DNA of 17,637 nt from Calditrichaceae bacterium (GCA_050178385.1 JBFXGD010000063.1:1-17637), one strand, 5' to 3'. Counted from the first letter of the stretch, positions 8,434 through 17,480 are shown. Notes: a model not told the origin generated them from the sequence alone. A program made the numbers and translations.

Positions 8434-8964
8434 ATGAAAAAGCTGTTTTCATTTATCATAGCCGCATTGTTTATTTTCCCTTGTGTCATTCATGCCCAGA
8501 CGGAATTGTCAGGGCACCTTAAACCGCTCGAACCTTTTGTGGGCAAAACCTGGAAGGGTGTATTCGCCAACCCGGATAAGGACAAAATGACTCAGGATGT
8601 CTCCCGCTGGGAGAGAGCCCTGAATGGCCAGGCAATCCGAATTCTGCATTCGGTAAATGACGGTGAATACGGCGGTGAATCGATTGTAATGTGGGATCCG
8701 GATAAGGAAAGCCTTATTTTCTATTATTTCACCACCGCCGGCTTTTTCACAAACGGCACCATAAAATTTGAAAACGGACAATTTATAAGTCATGAATACG
8801 TAACCGGTGAAAAGAGCGGAATTACAGAGGTTATGGGCGCCGGAAAAATGCTTCCCGACGGCCGCTACCTCAGCAAATCGAAGTACCTTCAAAACGGCAA
8901 ATGGGTGGAGGGGCATGAGATATATTACGTGGAGGATCCGGAAGCCAAAGTCATCATGAAATAA
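8434..8964 (+). CDS. Secreted hypothetical protein, probable beta-barrel
   Basis: Signal peptide MKKLFSFIIAALFIFPCVIHA. LKPLEPFVGKTWKG followed by alternating beta-strands. RBS GGAGAG. Confidence 0.8.
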   Translation: MKKLFSFIIAALFIFPCVIHAQTELSGHLKPLEPFVGKTWKGVFANPDKDKMTQDVSRWERALNGQAIRILHSVNDGEYGGESIVMWDPDKESLIFYYFTTAGFFTNGTIKFENGQFISHEYVTGEKSGITEVMGAGKMLPDGRYLSKSKYLQNGKWVEGHEIYYVEDPEAKVIMK

Positions 8965-9142
8965 GATCTCTTTCCGGAATATCTTGTTTAATGGGGATAT
9001 ACAATGCTGATTTGTACCTGTTAGGTCTCATAAATTCATCAATTCCATTGATGGAAATAACGGATCGTGTCAAACTTCTTTCCGGGTGTGAGTTTTCTAA
9101 TTGTGTTCCATGTTTATATTAAAGTTCTCAGGGGAGGCAGAT

Positions 9143-10804
9143 ATGCGGCGGGGTTCACTGACTTTCATCCTTGTTTTGTTTTCTATTCAATTATATTCTC
9201 AGACAAATCCAAATGACAGCGGCGGTATTCTTTCACCTGAACAGGCCGCTTACGATGTTACTTTTTATGATCTTGACATGCGGATTGATCCCGCGGACAG
9301 CAGCATTCAGGGTATTCTCACCATGTATGCGAACATAACGATTGCAACTGAACACATCGTATTGAATCTCGATACTCTGCTCACAGTTGAAAAAATCCTG
9401 AACAAGTCGGGCAATGAACATCGCTTTTCGCGGGACCGGGGTAACATCTGGATCGAGCCGGGTAGAACTTTACAGCCGGGTGAATTCACTGTTTTTAAGA
9501 TTCATTATCACGGAAAACCGCGATCCGGACAAAAAGGAAAATTTAACAAGTTTATCTGGGCTGAAACCGCAGGCGGTGAACCCTGGGTTGGTGTTTCATG
9601 CGAATATAGCGGCGCCGATATTTGGTGGCCGTGTAAAGATCATCCTTCCGATGAACCGGATTCCATGGCATTACATTTTACCGTCCCTGAAAATCTGCTT
9701 GCCGTGAGCAACGGACGCCTCATATCTTCTAAATCCAACCAGGACGGTACCCGTACTTTTGACTGGTTTGTTTCTTCACCTATAAGCAACTATTCTGTTT
9801 CGGTTTACGTCGCCCCTTATGTGGAAATTCAGGAAAAATTCAAATCCGTTTCGGGTGATGTAATCCCGGTTTCATTCTGGGCATTGCCGGAGAATGAATC
9901 AAAAGCAAAGGAATTCCTGCCGGGATTTTTGGAACATTTAGCATTTTTTGAGAAACTCCTTGGGCCTTATCCGTTCCGGTCCGATAAATACGGCATCACG
10001 GAAGCGCCCTACCTGGGAATGGAACATCAGACCGTCATCGCGTACGGAGGCAACTATGATTTCAGATCGATGGGAGATGTGGACTGGGGATTTGACGCCC
10101 TTCATCAGCATGAATTAGCGCATGAGTGGTTCGCCAATCTGGTTTCACCATCCGACTGGTCTGATTTATGGCTTAGCGAGGGACTGGCTTCCTATATGCA
10201 GATCATATACGCCGAACATAAATTAGGTAAAACAAAAGCAGATGAGCTGATGGAGATCATTCGGTCATATATCACCAATAAACAGCCGGTTGTTCTGCCG
10301 CGCGGAGCGATTTTTAGCGAAGCGTATGACATGGACGTGTACTTTAAAGGCGCCTCTATGCTGCACACCCTGCGCCATCTAATCGGCGATCAAAAATTTA
10401 ATCTGCTGCTTAGACGCTGGGCCTATCCTGATCCTGAAGATGAAAAAAAGGTCAATGGAGAAGCATGCCGGTTTGTCAGCACGCCGGATTTTGAAAAACT
10501 CGCGGAAAAAATCTCCGGGATGAAACTTGACTGGTTTTTTGGAGTTTATCTGTATCAAAAAGATTTACCGGTACTCAACATAAATAAAACCGACAATTTT
10601 TTAAATCTAACATGGGCAATTACGGATCATTCAAATTTCCCGATGCCGGTGGATATAAAAATTGACGGAAAAATTCAGCGGGTTGAATTGCCCGGAGGCC
10701 ATGCTTCCGTTCCCTTAACCGCTGAATCAAAATGGCAAATTGATCCCGGAAAATGGATACTTTTTGCGACAGGGGACACTCCTTCGCCGGGAGTATTAAA
10801 ATAG
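9143..10804 (+). CDS. M1 family aminopeptidase, exported
   Basis: GMEH exopeptidase motif, HELAH-x18-E (WLSEG), YFKGASMLH. ATG 9143 follows GGGGAGG and starts a signal peptide (ORF track start 9101). Confidence 0.92.
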   Translation: MRRGSLTFILVLFSIQLYSQTNPNDSGGILSPEQAAYDVTFYDLDMRIDPADSSIQGILTMYANITIATEHIVLNLDTLLTVEKILNKSGNEHRFSRDRGNIWIEPGRTLQPGEFTVFKIHYHGKPRSGQKGKFNKFIWAETAGGEPWVGVSCEYSGADIWWPCKDHPSDEPDSMALHFTVPENLLAVSNGRLISSKSNQDGTRTFDWFVSSPISNYSVSVYVAPYVEIQEKFKSVSGDVIPVSFWALPENESKAKEFLPGFLEHLAFFEKLLGPYPFRSDKYGITEAPYLGMEHQTVIAYGGNYDFRSMGDVDWGFDALHQHELAHEWFANLVSPSDWSDLWLSEGLASYMQIIYAEHKLGKTKADELMEIIRSYITNKQPVVLPRGAIFSEAYDMDVYFKGASMLHTLRHLIGDQKFNLLLRRWAYPDPEDEKKVNGEACRFVSTPDFEKLAEKISGMKLDWFFGVYLYQKDLPVLNINKTDNFLNLTWAITDHSNFPMPVDIKIDGKIQRVELPGGHASVPLTAESKWQIDPGKWILFATGDTPSPGVLK

Positions 10805-10995
10805 ATATAATTTTTATGAATCAATGAGAATTTGACGATTTTTTTAACATCGTCGTTATTTTCGGCAGGCTCCGGATTCGATAACAGGCTTATACCATCC
10901 GGCCTTTTTCACGAGGCAACGATGCCGCGGGATTCCGGAACGAAATCCGGCTAAAAAAAATTCAATAAACGTATCAACCCGATTGAGGAGAATTG

Positions 10996-11904
10996 ATGAA
11001 CTTTCTAAAGAGCGGAATCATATTCTTTTTCCTGACCACTACTTTCTTTTTAGCGGGATGCGGATCTTCCGAAAAGAGTTCCTATACAAATGGAATCGAT
11101 GAATGGCATAAAAAACGCGTTTCTTCTTTAACCCGCGAAGACAACTGGCTGAGTCTCGCGGGTTTGTTCTGGCTTAATGAAGGGCAAAACCGGTTCGGCA
11201 GCGATACATCCAACGATATCGTGTTCCCGGAGAAAGCGCCGGGGTTTATCGGTTCGCTTATTCTGGAAGACAATCATGTTTTGGCAAAAATTAATGCGGA
11301 TGTAAACGTAACCGCGGGTGAAAATCAGGTGACATCCATGATCCTGCGAAGTGATGCCGACGGGGATCCCACTATACTGACATCAGGGTCACTGAGCTGG
11401 TTCATCATCAAACGCGGGAATAAGTATGGTATCCGCCTTCGCGACAGGGAACATCCCAATTTAAAACACTTTAAAGGAATAAACAGATATGCCGTAAAAG
11501 AATCCTGGCGTGTTCAGGCAAAATTGGAACCCTATAATCCGCAAAAAACAATTGCCGTTCCCACCATTTTGGGGACCGTGGACAGCTCTTTTTCTCCCGG
11601 CGCGCTGGTTTTTGAAATTGCCGGGGAAACTTACAGGCTGGATCCGATTGCCGACCCGGGGGATGATAAATACTTCGTGATTTTCGCGGATGACACCAAC
11701 GGGGATGAAACCTACGGCGCTGGACGCTTCCTGTATGTGGACCGGCCGGGCGCGGATGGTATCACTTATATCGACTTTAATAAAGCCTACAATCCCCCCT
11801 GCGCCTTCACCGAATTCGCGACATGCCCCCTACCGCCTTTTCAGAACAGGATGCCGGTTAAAGTGACCGCCGGTGAAAAAAATTACGATAGTGAGAATCT
11901 TTAA
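10996..11904 (+). CDS. DUF1684 domain lipoprotein
   Basis: WLSLAGLFWL, FADDTNGDETYGAGRFL, DFNKAYNPPCAFTEFATCPLPPFQN, AGEK. Lipobox LAGC. RBS GAGGAG. Confidence 0.92.
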   Translation: MNFLKSGIIFFFLTTTFFLAGCGSSEKSSYTNGIDEWHKKRVSSLTREDNWLSLAGLFWLNEGQNRFGSDTSNDIVFPEKAPGFIGSLILEDNHVLAKINADVNVTAGENQVTSMILRSDADGDPTILTSGSLSWFIIKRGNKYGIRLRDREHPNLKHFKGINRYAVKESWRVQAKLEPYNPQKTIAVPTILGTVDSSFSPGALVFEIAGETYRLDPIADPGDDKYFVIFADDTNGDETYGAGRFLYVDRPGADGITYIDFNKAYNPPCAFTEFATCPLPPFQNRMPVKVTAGEKNYDSENL

Positions 11905-11943
11905 CCAATTAAAGTGGTTTTTTTAATATCAGGAGGAAAATTA

Positions 11944-12498
11944 ATGATGTCAGAAATGGCCGCAAGAGACCGCATGTCCAATACGGCCTTTAAAATGATG
12001 ACGCTGGCATTTAAAATTGCTGATTTCTTCTCCCCGCGGACGGGCAAACTTGGCGATTTCGGCATTAAAGAAGGATTCACCGTCATTGATTACGGCTGCG
12101 GTCCGGGTCGGTACATACCTGAAGCATCAAATCTGGCCGGGAGTTCAGGAAAAGTTTACGCGGTGGACATCCATGAACTGGCCGTTAACTCAGTCCGCGA
12201 ATTAATCAAAAAAAGAAAACTGCAAAATGTGGAAACCATTCATATTTCCGGGTACCGGACTCCATTGCCGGATAACACCGCCCATATCATCTATGCCCTG
12301 GACATGTTTCACGGAATCAACCAGCCGGACCAGCTTCAAAAAGAATGGCGGCGTTTATTAAAATCTGACGGACAACTTATCCTGGAGGATGGTCATCAAC
12401 CAAGAAAAAGAACAAAGAAAAAAATCGCTGACGCGGGATTTTTTATTATTCAAACTGAAAAAAAGGAACACCTGATCTGCAAACCGAAAATGAAATGA
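11944..12498 (+). CDS. Class I SAM-dependent methyltransferase
   Basis: VIDYGCGPG motif I, VYAVDIH, RLLKSDGQL. ATG 11944 follows AGGAGG. Confidence 0.9.
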   Translation: MMSEMAARDRMSNTAFKMMTLAFKIADFFSPRTGKLGDFGIKEGFTVIDYGCGPGRYIPEASNLAGSSGKVYAVDIHELAVNSVRELIKKRKLQNVETIHISGYRTPLPDNTAHIIYALDMFHGINQPDQLQKEWRRLLKSDGQLILEDGHQPRKRTKKKIADAGFFIIQTEKKEHLICKPKMK

Positions 12499-12506
12499 TT
12501 CTTCTG

Positions 12507-12932
12507 TTATTTTACTCTGTAGTAAGTCACCGTTTCTTCACCAAAAAATGACGGCCGGTGAATTGGCTGATCCTTATTTATCTCTCCCGGTTCCACATCA
12601 AGACGGAACATGGCGTTGTTTTTATGTTCAATGATTCCATAGAGGGCTTTCCCCGCGAGCGGACCTTCATTAAATCCGCTTAAATCTATCGTGACCGGAC
12701 AAGTATCGAAATCAATTTTATATTCTATTTCAAATGTTTGTGTCATGTTTTTCGATTTTAATTTCCATTCCGCCCGGTTATCTTCCATAAAAACAAAGGT
12801 CTGTTTTATCCCCATTTTATCTACCCCGGACCACTCTCCGATTAAATACCCTCTGTTTTCTTTCCGGCAACCAGCGAAAATTATCAACAGCAGAATCAAT
12901 ATTCCGGATATGAATACATTTTTGTTTGTCAT
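12507..12932 (-). CDS. Hypothetical lipoprotein, lipocalin-like/TIGR03067-like beta domain
   Basis: Lipobox FAGC. LIGEW...YKIDFDTCPVTIDL...GKALYGI...RPSFF resembles the TIGR03067-type pattern. RBS GGTGGGG. Confidence 0.75.
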   Translation of the reverse strand: MTNKNVFISGILILLLIIFAGCRKENRGYLIGEWSGVDKMGIKQTFVFMEDNRAEWKLKSKNMTQTFEIEYKIDFDTCPVTIDLSGFNEGPLAGKALYGIIEHKNNAMFRLDVEPGEINKDQPIHRPSFFGEETVTYYRVK

Positions 12933-13159
12933 CAATTATCCCCACCCTATTAAATTTATGCTAAATCAAAATACAATTCATAGAATTTAAATCAAAGAAA
13001 AAATCCTGATATTATATTCCCGGCGCTAACGGGACTTTTCTGTCAAACTGCCTCTTAATTTTCCTGACACCTTTTGTCAGCACAAATATATTTTTATTTT
13101 CTTAAACCAAATCGTATTCTTTACGTATCTATATGCGGTTACTAACTTATGGGGATAAG

Positions 13160-14257
13160 ATGTCCGCGCAAAAATCAAATGGCAGCAGTGAACCAAAGAT
13201 TTTTGATACGATCTTTAACGACGTACGAAAAGGCGATTTACGGCGCACCATGCGGCGTGATTTAAAAGATTTAAAAGCTTTCTATATCAACGATGAGCGA
13301 AAAAAACGGCTGGAGAAAATGGGCCGATTCAAACGCTGGTTTTTCATAACCATTTGGCTGTTTAAAAGCCTTTTTTTTAAACTCACTCCGGCCAGGCGTC
13401 TCCTGTTTATCATCGCCTTCATTTTTTTGTTCACCGCAAATTCCGGAAACATGCAAACCGGCTCCAATGGTCTTCTTTTTGCCGGCCTGATATTCCTGTT
13501 TATTCTCATGCTGGAGCTCAAAGACAAGCTGCTGGCCAAGGATGAACTTGAGACCGGACGATCCGTTCAGTACGCGCTGATGCCAGAGCGTTCGATTAAC
13601 ATACAGGGTTGGGAGCTCTACCTCTTCTCACGGCCGGCAAATGAAGTGGGCGGTGATTTGATCGACTTTATCCCTTTGAGGGAAAATCGGCATGGTGTGG
13701 TTCTTGGCGATGTTTCCGGCAAAGGACTCGGCGCCGCGCTTTTTATGGTCAGGCTGCAGGCAGTCATCAGAGCGATCGCTCCCGATTATGAATCGCTTGC
13801 GAAATTCGGAAAAAAAATAAATGAGATTTTTTACCGGGACCGGATGAATAATAAATTCGCTTCTGTTGTTTATTGCGAAATTCAATCCGGTTCAAACCGG
13901 CTGAACATGCTAAACGCCGGTCATATGCCCCCGATTATTCTTAAAGACGGCCGGATCGAAGAACTCGCCAAGGGACAGCCCGCGCTTGGTATCATGCCGG
14001 ATATAGATTATAACGAGACCATTCTTGAACTCCAAAAAGGACATTCCCTGTTAATTTATTCCGACGGTGTCACCGAGGCTCGAAATCCGGAGGGAGAATT
14101 TTATACTGAACAAAGGCTGTTCAAAATTCTTACTTCAATGACCGGTCTTTCGGCTAAAGATATTGGTGAAAGACTCACATCTGAAATTGACCGTTTTGTC
14201 GGTGACGCGCCGGCAAATGACGATTTGTCCCTGATTATCTTAAAACGGACGGAGTAA
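13160..14257 (+). CDS. Membrane-anchored PP2C-type (SpoIIE/RsbU family) Ser/Thr phosphatase
   Basis: EVGGDLID, LGDVSGKG, NAGH, YSDGVTEA and DDLS motifs, with N-terminal hydrophobic helices. ATG 13160 follows GGGGA (ORF track start 13133). Confidence 0.92.
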   Translation: MSAQKSNGSSEPKIFDTIFNDVRKGDLRRTMRRDLKDLKAFYINDERKKRLEKMGRFKRWFFITIWLFKSLFFKLTPARRLLFIIAFIFLFTANSGNMQTGSNGLLFAGLIFLFILMLELKDKLLAKDELETGRSVQYALMPERSINIQGWELYLFSRPANEVGGDLIDFIPLRENRHGVVLGDVSGKGLGAALFMVRLQAVIRAIAPDYESLAKFGKKINEIFYRDRMNNKFASVVYCEIQSGSNRLNMLNAGHMPPIILKDGRIEELAKGQPALGIMPDIDYNETILELQKGHSLLIYSDGVTEARNPEGEFYTEQRLFKILTSMTGLSAKDIGERLTSEIDRFVGDAPANDDLSLIILKRTE

Positions 14258-14348
14258 TTCCGCGTTCATTCTTTTTGTTTTCTTAAAATCGATTAATGCT
14301 TATCTTATATCCGGAATCAGTCTGAAATTTAAATCCGGAGAATTGATC

Positions 14349-15437
14349 ATGAAAAAATATATGATGTTTTTCTTTATTCTGATTATTGTCTCTGTCTCAC
14401 ATCCCATTTTCGGTCAGGAAGCGGACAGCGGTCTTGACAAGGTGATCAAAGAGCTTAAACAGAACAATGAAAACCTTCAGCACCGTCTTGACGCCATCGA
14501 AAAATCGATCGATGATATCCAGTGGTTTAATAAAGTGGGTGATGTGGCATTTATTGATAAACAGTACATGACGGGTCCGCCGCTGGCGCACGAAAAAAAC
14601 CCGACGGCTCAGGGCGCCGGGAATCCGGTGAAATTCTGGTCCTATATATTTATTCCCAAAGACATCGATCCCGCGAAAAAATATCCGCTGATCATCTTTC
14701 CCCATGGCGGTGTGCATGCCGATTTCACAACTTATTATACGCATATCGTCAGAGAACTGATCGCCCAGCAGTACATTGTCATCGCGGCAGAGTACCGCGG
14801 CAGCACCGGTTACGGAAAGAGCTTTTATGAAAAAATCGATTACGGCGGTCTCGAAGTTGAAGATGTAAATGCCAGCCGTGATTTTATGCTTGAAAATTAC
14901 GATATTGTCGATAAAAACCGGGTGGGGATCATCGGCTGGAGCCATGGCGGATTGATCGCTCTCCATAATATCTTTGATCATCCCGAGAATTATAAGGTAG
15001 CCTTTGCCGGTGTGCCGGTCAGCGATCTGGTCGCGCGGATGGGTTATAAAGATCAGGAATACCGGGATCTCTATTCTGCCGAATATCATATCGGCAAAAC
15101 CGCCGATGAGAATGTGAATGAATACCGTCGCCGTTCCCCCGCCTGGAACGCGCACAAGCTCAAAACGCCCCTGCTTATTCACACCAACACCAATGACGCC
15201 GATGTCAATGTTCTGGAAGTCGAACATCTGATTAAATCACTCAAAGCCGAGGGCAAGAAATTTGAATACGAGATCTTTCAGGATATACCGGGCGGTCACT
15301 CATTTGACCGTATGGATACAAAAAAAGCCCGTGAGATACGAGTAAAAATCTATAAATTTATCGGACAATATCTGACACCGCCGAGACTGATCGATTCTGT
15401 CAAGGAACTGGAAAAAGCCGCGTACCGGTTTAATTAA
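14349..15437 (+). CDS. S9 (prolyl oligopeptidase-like) alpha/beta-hydrolase peptidase, exported
   Basis: PHGGVH, EYRGSTGYG, nucleophile GWSHGG, NDADV (Asp), GGHSF (His). Signal peptide present. Confidence 0.92.
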   Translation: MKKYMMFFFILIIVSVSHPIFGQEADSGLDKVIKELKQNNENLQHRLDAIEKSIDDIQWFNKVGDVAFIDKQYMTGPPLAHEKNPTAQGAGNPVKFWSYIFIPKDIDPAKKYPLIIFPHGGVHADFTTYYTHIVRELIAQQYIVIAAEYRGSTGYGKSFYEKIDYGGLEVEDVNASRDFMLENYDIVDKNRVGIIGWSHGGLIALHNIFDHPENYKVAFAGVPVSDLVARMGYKDQEYRDLYSAEYHIGKTADENVNEYRRRSPAWNAHKLKTPLLIHTNTNDADVNVLEVEHLIKSLKAEGKKFEYEIFQDIPGGHSFDRMDTKKAREIRVKIYKFIGQYLTPPRLIDSVKELEKAAYRFN

Positions 15438-15552
15438 TTTACCTAACCCGGATTAGATGGCCCTACACCTTCGTTGAAACTCAATAGATTATGGCGGCCA
15501 AAGAGTATAAATTTCAATTTTGAGTAAACTTAATATTCATACGGGGGAAATC

Positions 15553-15939
15553 ATGAACAAAGATTCCAATGCAGAGCAAATATGGGATGAAGAAATAAGA
15601 CAAAAATTTATAAAAGAAGCCCGGGATGAGCAAAACCGGTATTCTCTTTATTATAAAACGCGTTTCTGGTCGATGATGATCGCTCAGGGCACAGGAGCGA
15701 TGCTGGTAATCGCAGGGGCGGTACTGTCACTGCTGGGTTTCAGCGGAACGATTGAATGGCTGGAGCATGCTCACAACAATATGGAGCGGTTTTATAACGC
15801 CGGCCCCGGTTTCACCTTTATTATTCTCGGTATCCTTACCTTATGGCTCTCCAGACCACGCCCCCATCACGAACCTCATGCTCCCGAAGGCCGCCACCGT
15901 ACAGGAAAACTTTTTGATGTGGATGATTTGCTGGAGTAG
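15553..15939 (+). CDS. Hypothetical membrane protein with two TM helices
   Basis: Hydrophobic segments GAMLVIAGAVLSLLG and GPGFTFIILGILTLW. ATG 15553 follows GGGGGA. Confidence 0.75.
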   Translation: MNKDSNAEQIWDEEIRQKFIKEARDEQNRYSLYYKTRFWSMMIAQGTGAMLVIAGAVLSLLGFSGTIEWLEHAHNNMERFYNAGPGFTFIILGILTLWLSRPRPHHEPHAPEGRHRTGKLFDVDDLLE

Positions 15940-15983
15940 GAAGTAGGAAGGTTAAGATAAAAGAAAAAAGAGTAAGAACGGGC

Positions 15984-16020
15984 AGTTTCCCCCTTACCAA
16001 AGGGGGACTAAGGGGGTTGT
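15984..16020 (+). repeat. Palindromic repeat family 1, copy A (C5TT-N4-AAG5 hairpin plus ACTAAGGGGGTTGT tail)
   Basis: AGTTTCCCCCTTACCAAAGGGGGACTAAGGGGGTTGT; 32/37 identical to the reverse complement of 17395-17430. Confidence 0.85.
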
Positions 16021-16030
16021 TTTCGGAGTT

Positions 16031-16237
16031 CTACAAAGATGCGACATCGTCAGGATTTTTATCAAATTAACCATATTTATCATTATTTCGTGGATTTTCA
16101 ATGCACCCATCAATCCAAATCCCGGAGGGATGAAATTTTTGTAGAAAACCAGCCACCCTGAAATCCCGCGACCCGAAGGGGTCAAACCATTACCGCGGGA
16201 ATCCCTATGCTACAAAAATGCGACACCTTCGGTGTCG
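16031..16237. repeat. Palindromic repeat family 2 (GTAG-tagged REP/REPIN-like cluster)
   Basis: ATCCC-GGA-GGGAT...ATTTTTGTAG (16119-16144) faces CTACAAAAAT-G-CGACACC-TTC-GGTGTCG (16210-16237). Internal hairpin GACCC-GAAG-GGGTC (16170-16183). Truncated extra copy CTACAAAGATGCGACA (16031-16046). Confidence 0.7.
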
Positions 16238-16300
16238 GGCTTTCATGTCCAATGGAATAAATATTTTTCATTATATTCAACATTATCGACATGAATATTT

Positions 16301-16423
16301 CTCTTTCCCGTCACTTTTTGACCTGCCCCATCACTAAATGACCCCTTCCCGTAACAAATTGATTCTTTCCCGTAAAGTTTTACCTCTTCCCGTTACTTTT
16401 TGACCCGTCCCGTCACCCATTAA
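16301..16423. repeat. Degenerate 20-21 bp tandem array, six units, consensus approximately CYYTTCCCGTHACTTWTTGA
   Basis: CCC(G/A)T cores start at 16307, 16327, 16348, 16369, 16389 and 16409, with a seventh core at 16444. Confidence 0.8.
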
Positions 16424-16448
16424 TACAGATTTTCCTTACTTTTCCCGT

Positions 16449-16481
16449 AAAAAAAATGCCCCCCGCTAATCGCGGGGAGCA
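16449..16481 (-). terminator. Rho-independent terminator of the 249-aa gene
   Basis: Minus strand TGCTCCCCGC-GATTA-GCGGGGGGCA followed by T8, about 20 bp after the stop codon. Confidence 0.88.
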
Positions 16482-16500
16482 GAATATCTATCTTATCCTG

Positions 16501-17250
16501 TTAACCTTCCACCGGCACCGATTCCTGGTCTGATTTCCGATTTTTATTATAGCGTTTTGCATATTGACTCACATATCCCTTAAAACGCTGATCGTCCCGC
16601 CAGAAAACATACTGACCGCATTCACGGATATCGTCCATGGCTTCTTTTAAATATGTATAAGCCTTATCGCGTGTCACCCGGGTTTCGTTATTGTCCACGC
16701 GATCTGTGGCCGCCAGGGATAGAAGCTCCGCCATTTCATCGGATGTGGCTGCCGCCGTATCCAGCAGGGTTAAATCAAAACTGATTTTGGTTAGCGGCTC
16801 GCTGTTGGCTTTGCCCAGTTCAGCAAGGTCATTTAAATCCTGGATCATATCGGCATGACTGTTGCCCTCGGCAATCTTACTCACACGGCTAGCCAGCTCC
16901 GGTAGTTTACGATAGGCGAAGTGAAAATCATGAAGAAGCTGGTCACGAAGATCGTAGGCAGCGGGTGATTTTTCTTGCCAAAGTCTTTCCGCTTCTTCCC
17001 GGTTAAAACGATCCGTAAACCACAGGGATTCAGCCTGACGAGTTGCCCCGGTGCGGGTGGGGAGATCTTCAACCAGAGTCCAGTCCAGACCGGCCGCGAT
17101 GAGTTTTTCCTTATCAGCCTGACACCATTGATACGTGTTTTCCGCCTCCTGCAAATAGACATCCATGGGCATGTTTGGAGATTTGGTGACTTCATCGGGA
17201 ATCGCTTCGATTTCCGTCTGTTTTGCCGCAAAATCACTGGCATTTGACAT
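16501..17250 (-). CDS. Uncharacterised acidic, predicted all-helical protein (249 aa)
   Basis: Long ORF with RBS GGAGGAA before ATG 17250 (MSNASDF...) and its own terminator. No recognisable catalytic motif. Basic C-terminal patch YAKRYNKNRK. Confidence 0.88.
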   Translation of the reverse strand: MSNASDFAAKQTEIEAIPDEVTKSPNMPMDVYLQEAENTYQWCQADKEKLIAAGLDWTLVEDLPTRTGATRQAESLWFTDRFNREEAERLWQEKSPAAYDLRDQLLHDFHFAYRKLPELASRVSKIAEGNSHADMIQDLNDLAELGKANSEPLTKISFDLTLLDTAAATSDEMAELLSLAATDRVDNNETRVTRDKAYTYLKEAMDDIRECGQYVFWRDDQRFKGYVSQYAKRYNKNRKSDQESVPVEG

Positions 17251-17291
17251 AACAATTTCCTCCAATTTCGTTAATGGTTTGTTTTGTAAAG

Positions 17292-17480
17292 CCCCTTTGA
17301 CAAGGGAAATAGCCTGTCCCCCCTTAAATAAAGGGGGTTAGGAGGTTGTGTCTTTATTCCACCAGCTTGTGAATTATTCCAATCCGTTAGTTTTATAACC
17401 CCCTTAGTCCCCCTTTTACAAGGGGAAACTCAATTATCCTGCCCCCCTTAGTAAAGGGAGTTAGGGGGTTGTGTCTTTAT
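17292..17480. repeat. Palindromic repeat family 1 cluster: four copies arranged as two inverted doublets
   Basis: B (reverse remnant, 17292-17309), C (forward, 17313-17357), D (reverse, 17395-17430), E (forward, 17438-17480). C and E share CCTG..CCCCCCTTA..TAAAGGG.GTTAGG.GGTTGTGTCTTTAT. Confidence 0.88.

Noticed and set aside
8509..8916. 135-aa antisense ORF and the other short overlapping ORFs in the track
   Set aside because: All are nested opposite or within better-supported genes and lack motifs or RBS.
7854..9049. 11-bp inverted match AATGGAATTGA (7854-7864) / TCAATTCCATT (9039-9049)
   Set aside because: Short and AT-rich, with no transposase or target duplication; compatible with chance.
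10930..10960. Hairpin GGATTCCG-GAA-CGAAATCC with adjacent A8 as a terminator or riboswitch
   Set aside because: The A-run is on the wrong side to give a U-tail on either strand, and I recognise no riboswitch consensus.
14397..15227. 276-aa antisense ORF
   Set aside because: Lies entirely opposite the well-supported S9 peptidase and has no motifs; a typical shadow ORF.
15994..16185. 63-aa minus-strand ORF
   Set aside because: Runs through two palindromic repeat families with no convincing RBS.
16301..16448. Tandem array as a CRISPR array or coding repeat
   Set aside because: Units are contiguous and degenerate with no spacers, and there are no cas genes. The 20/21 spacing shifts frame, and the minus-strand ATG at 16420 gives only 28 codons.
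16881..17255. 124-aa alternative-frame ORF and 90-aa antisense ORF
   Set aside because: Both overlap the 249-aa gene, which has the RBS and terminator; neither shows protein-like features.
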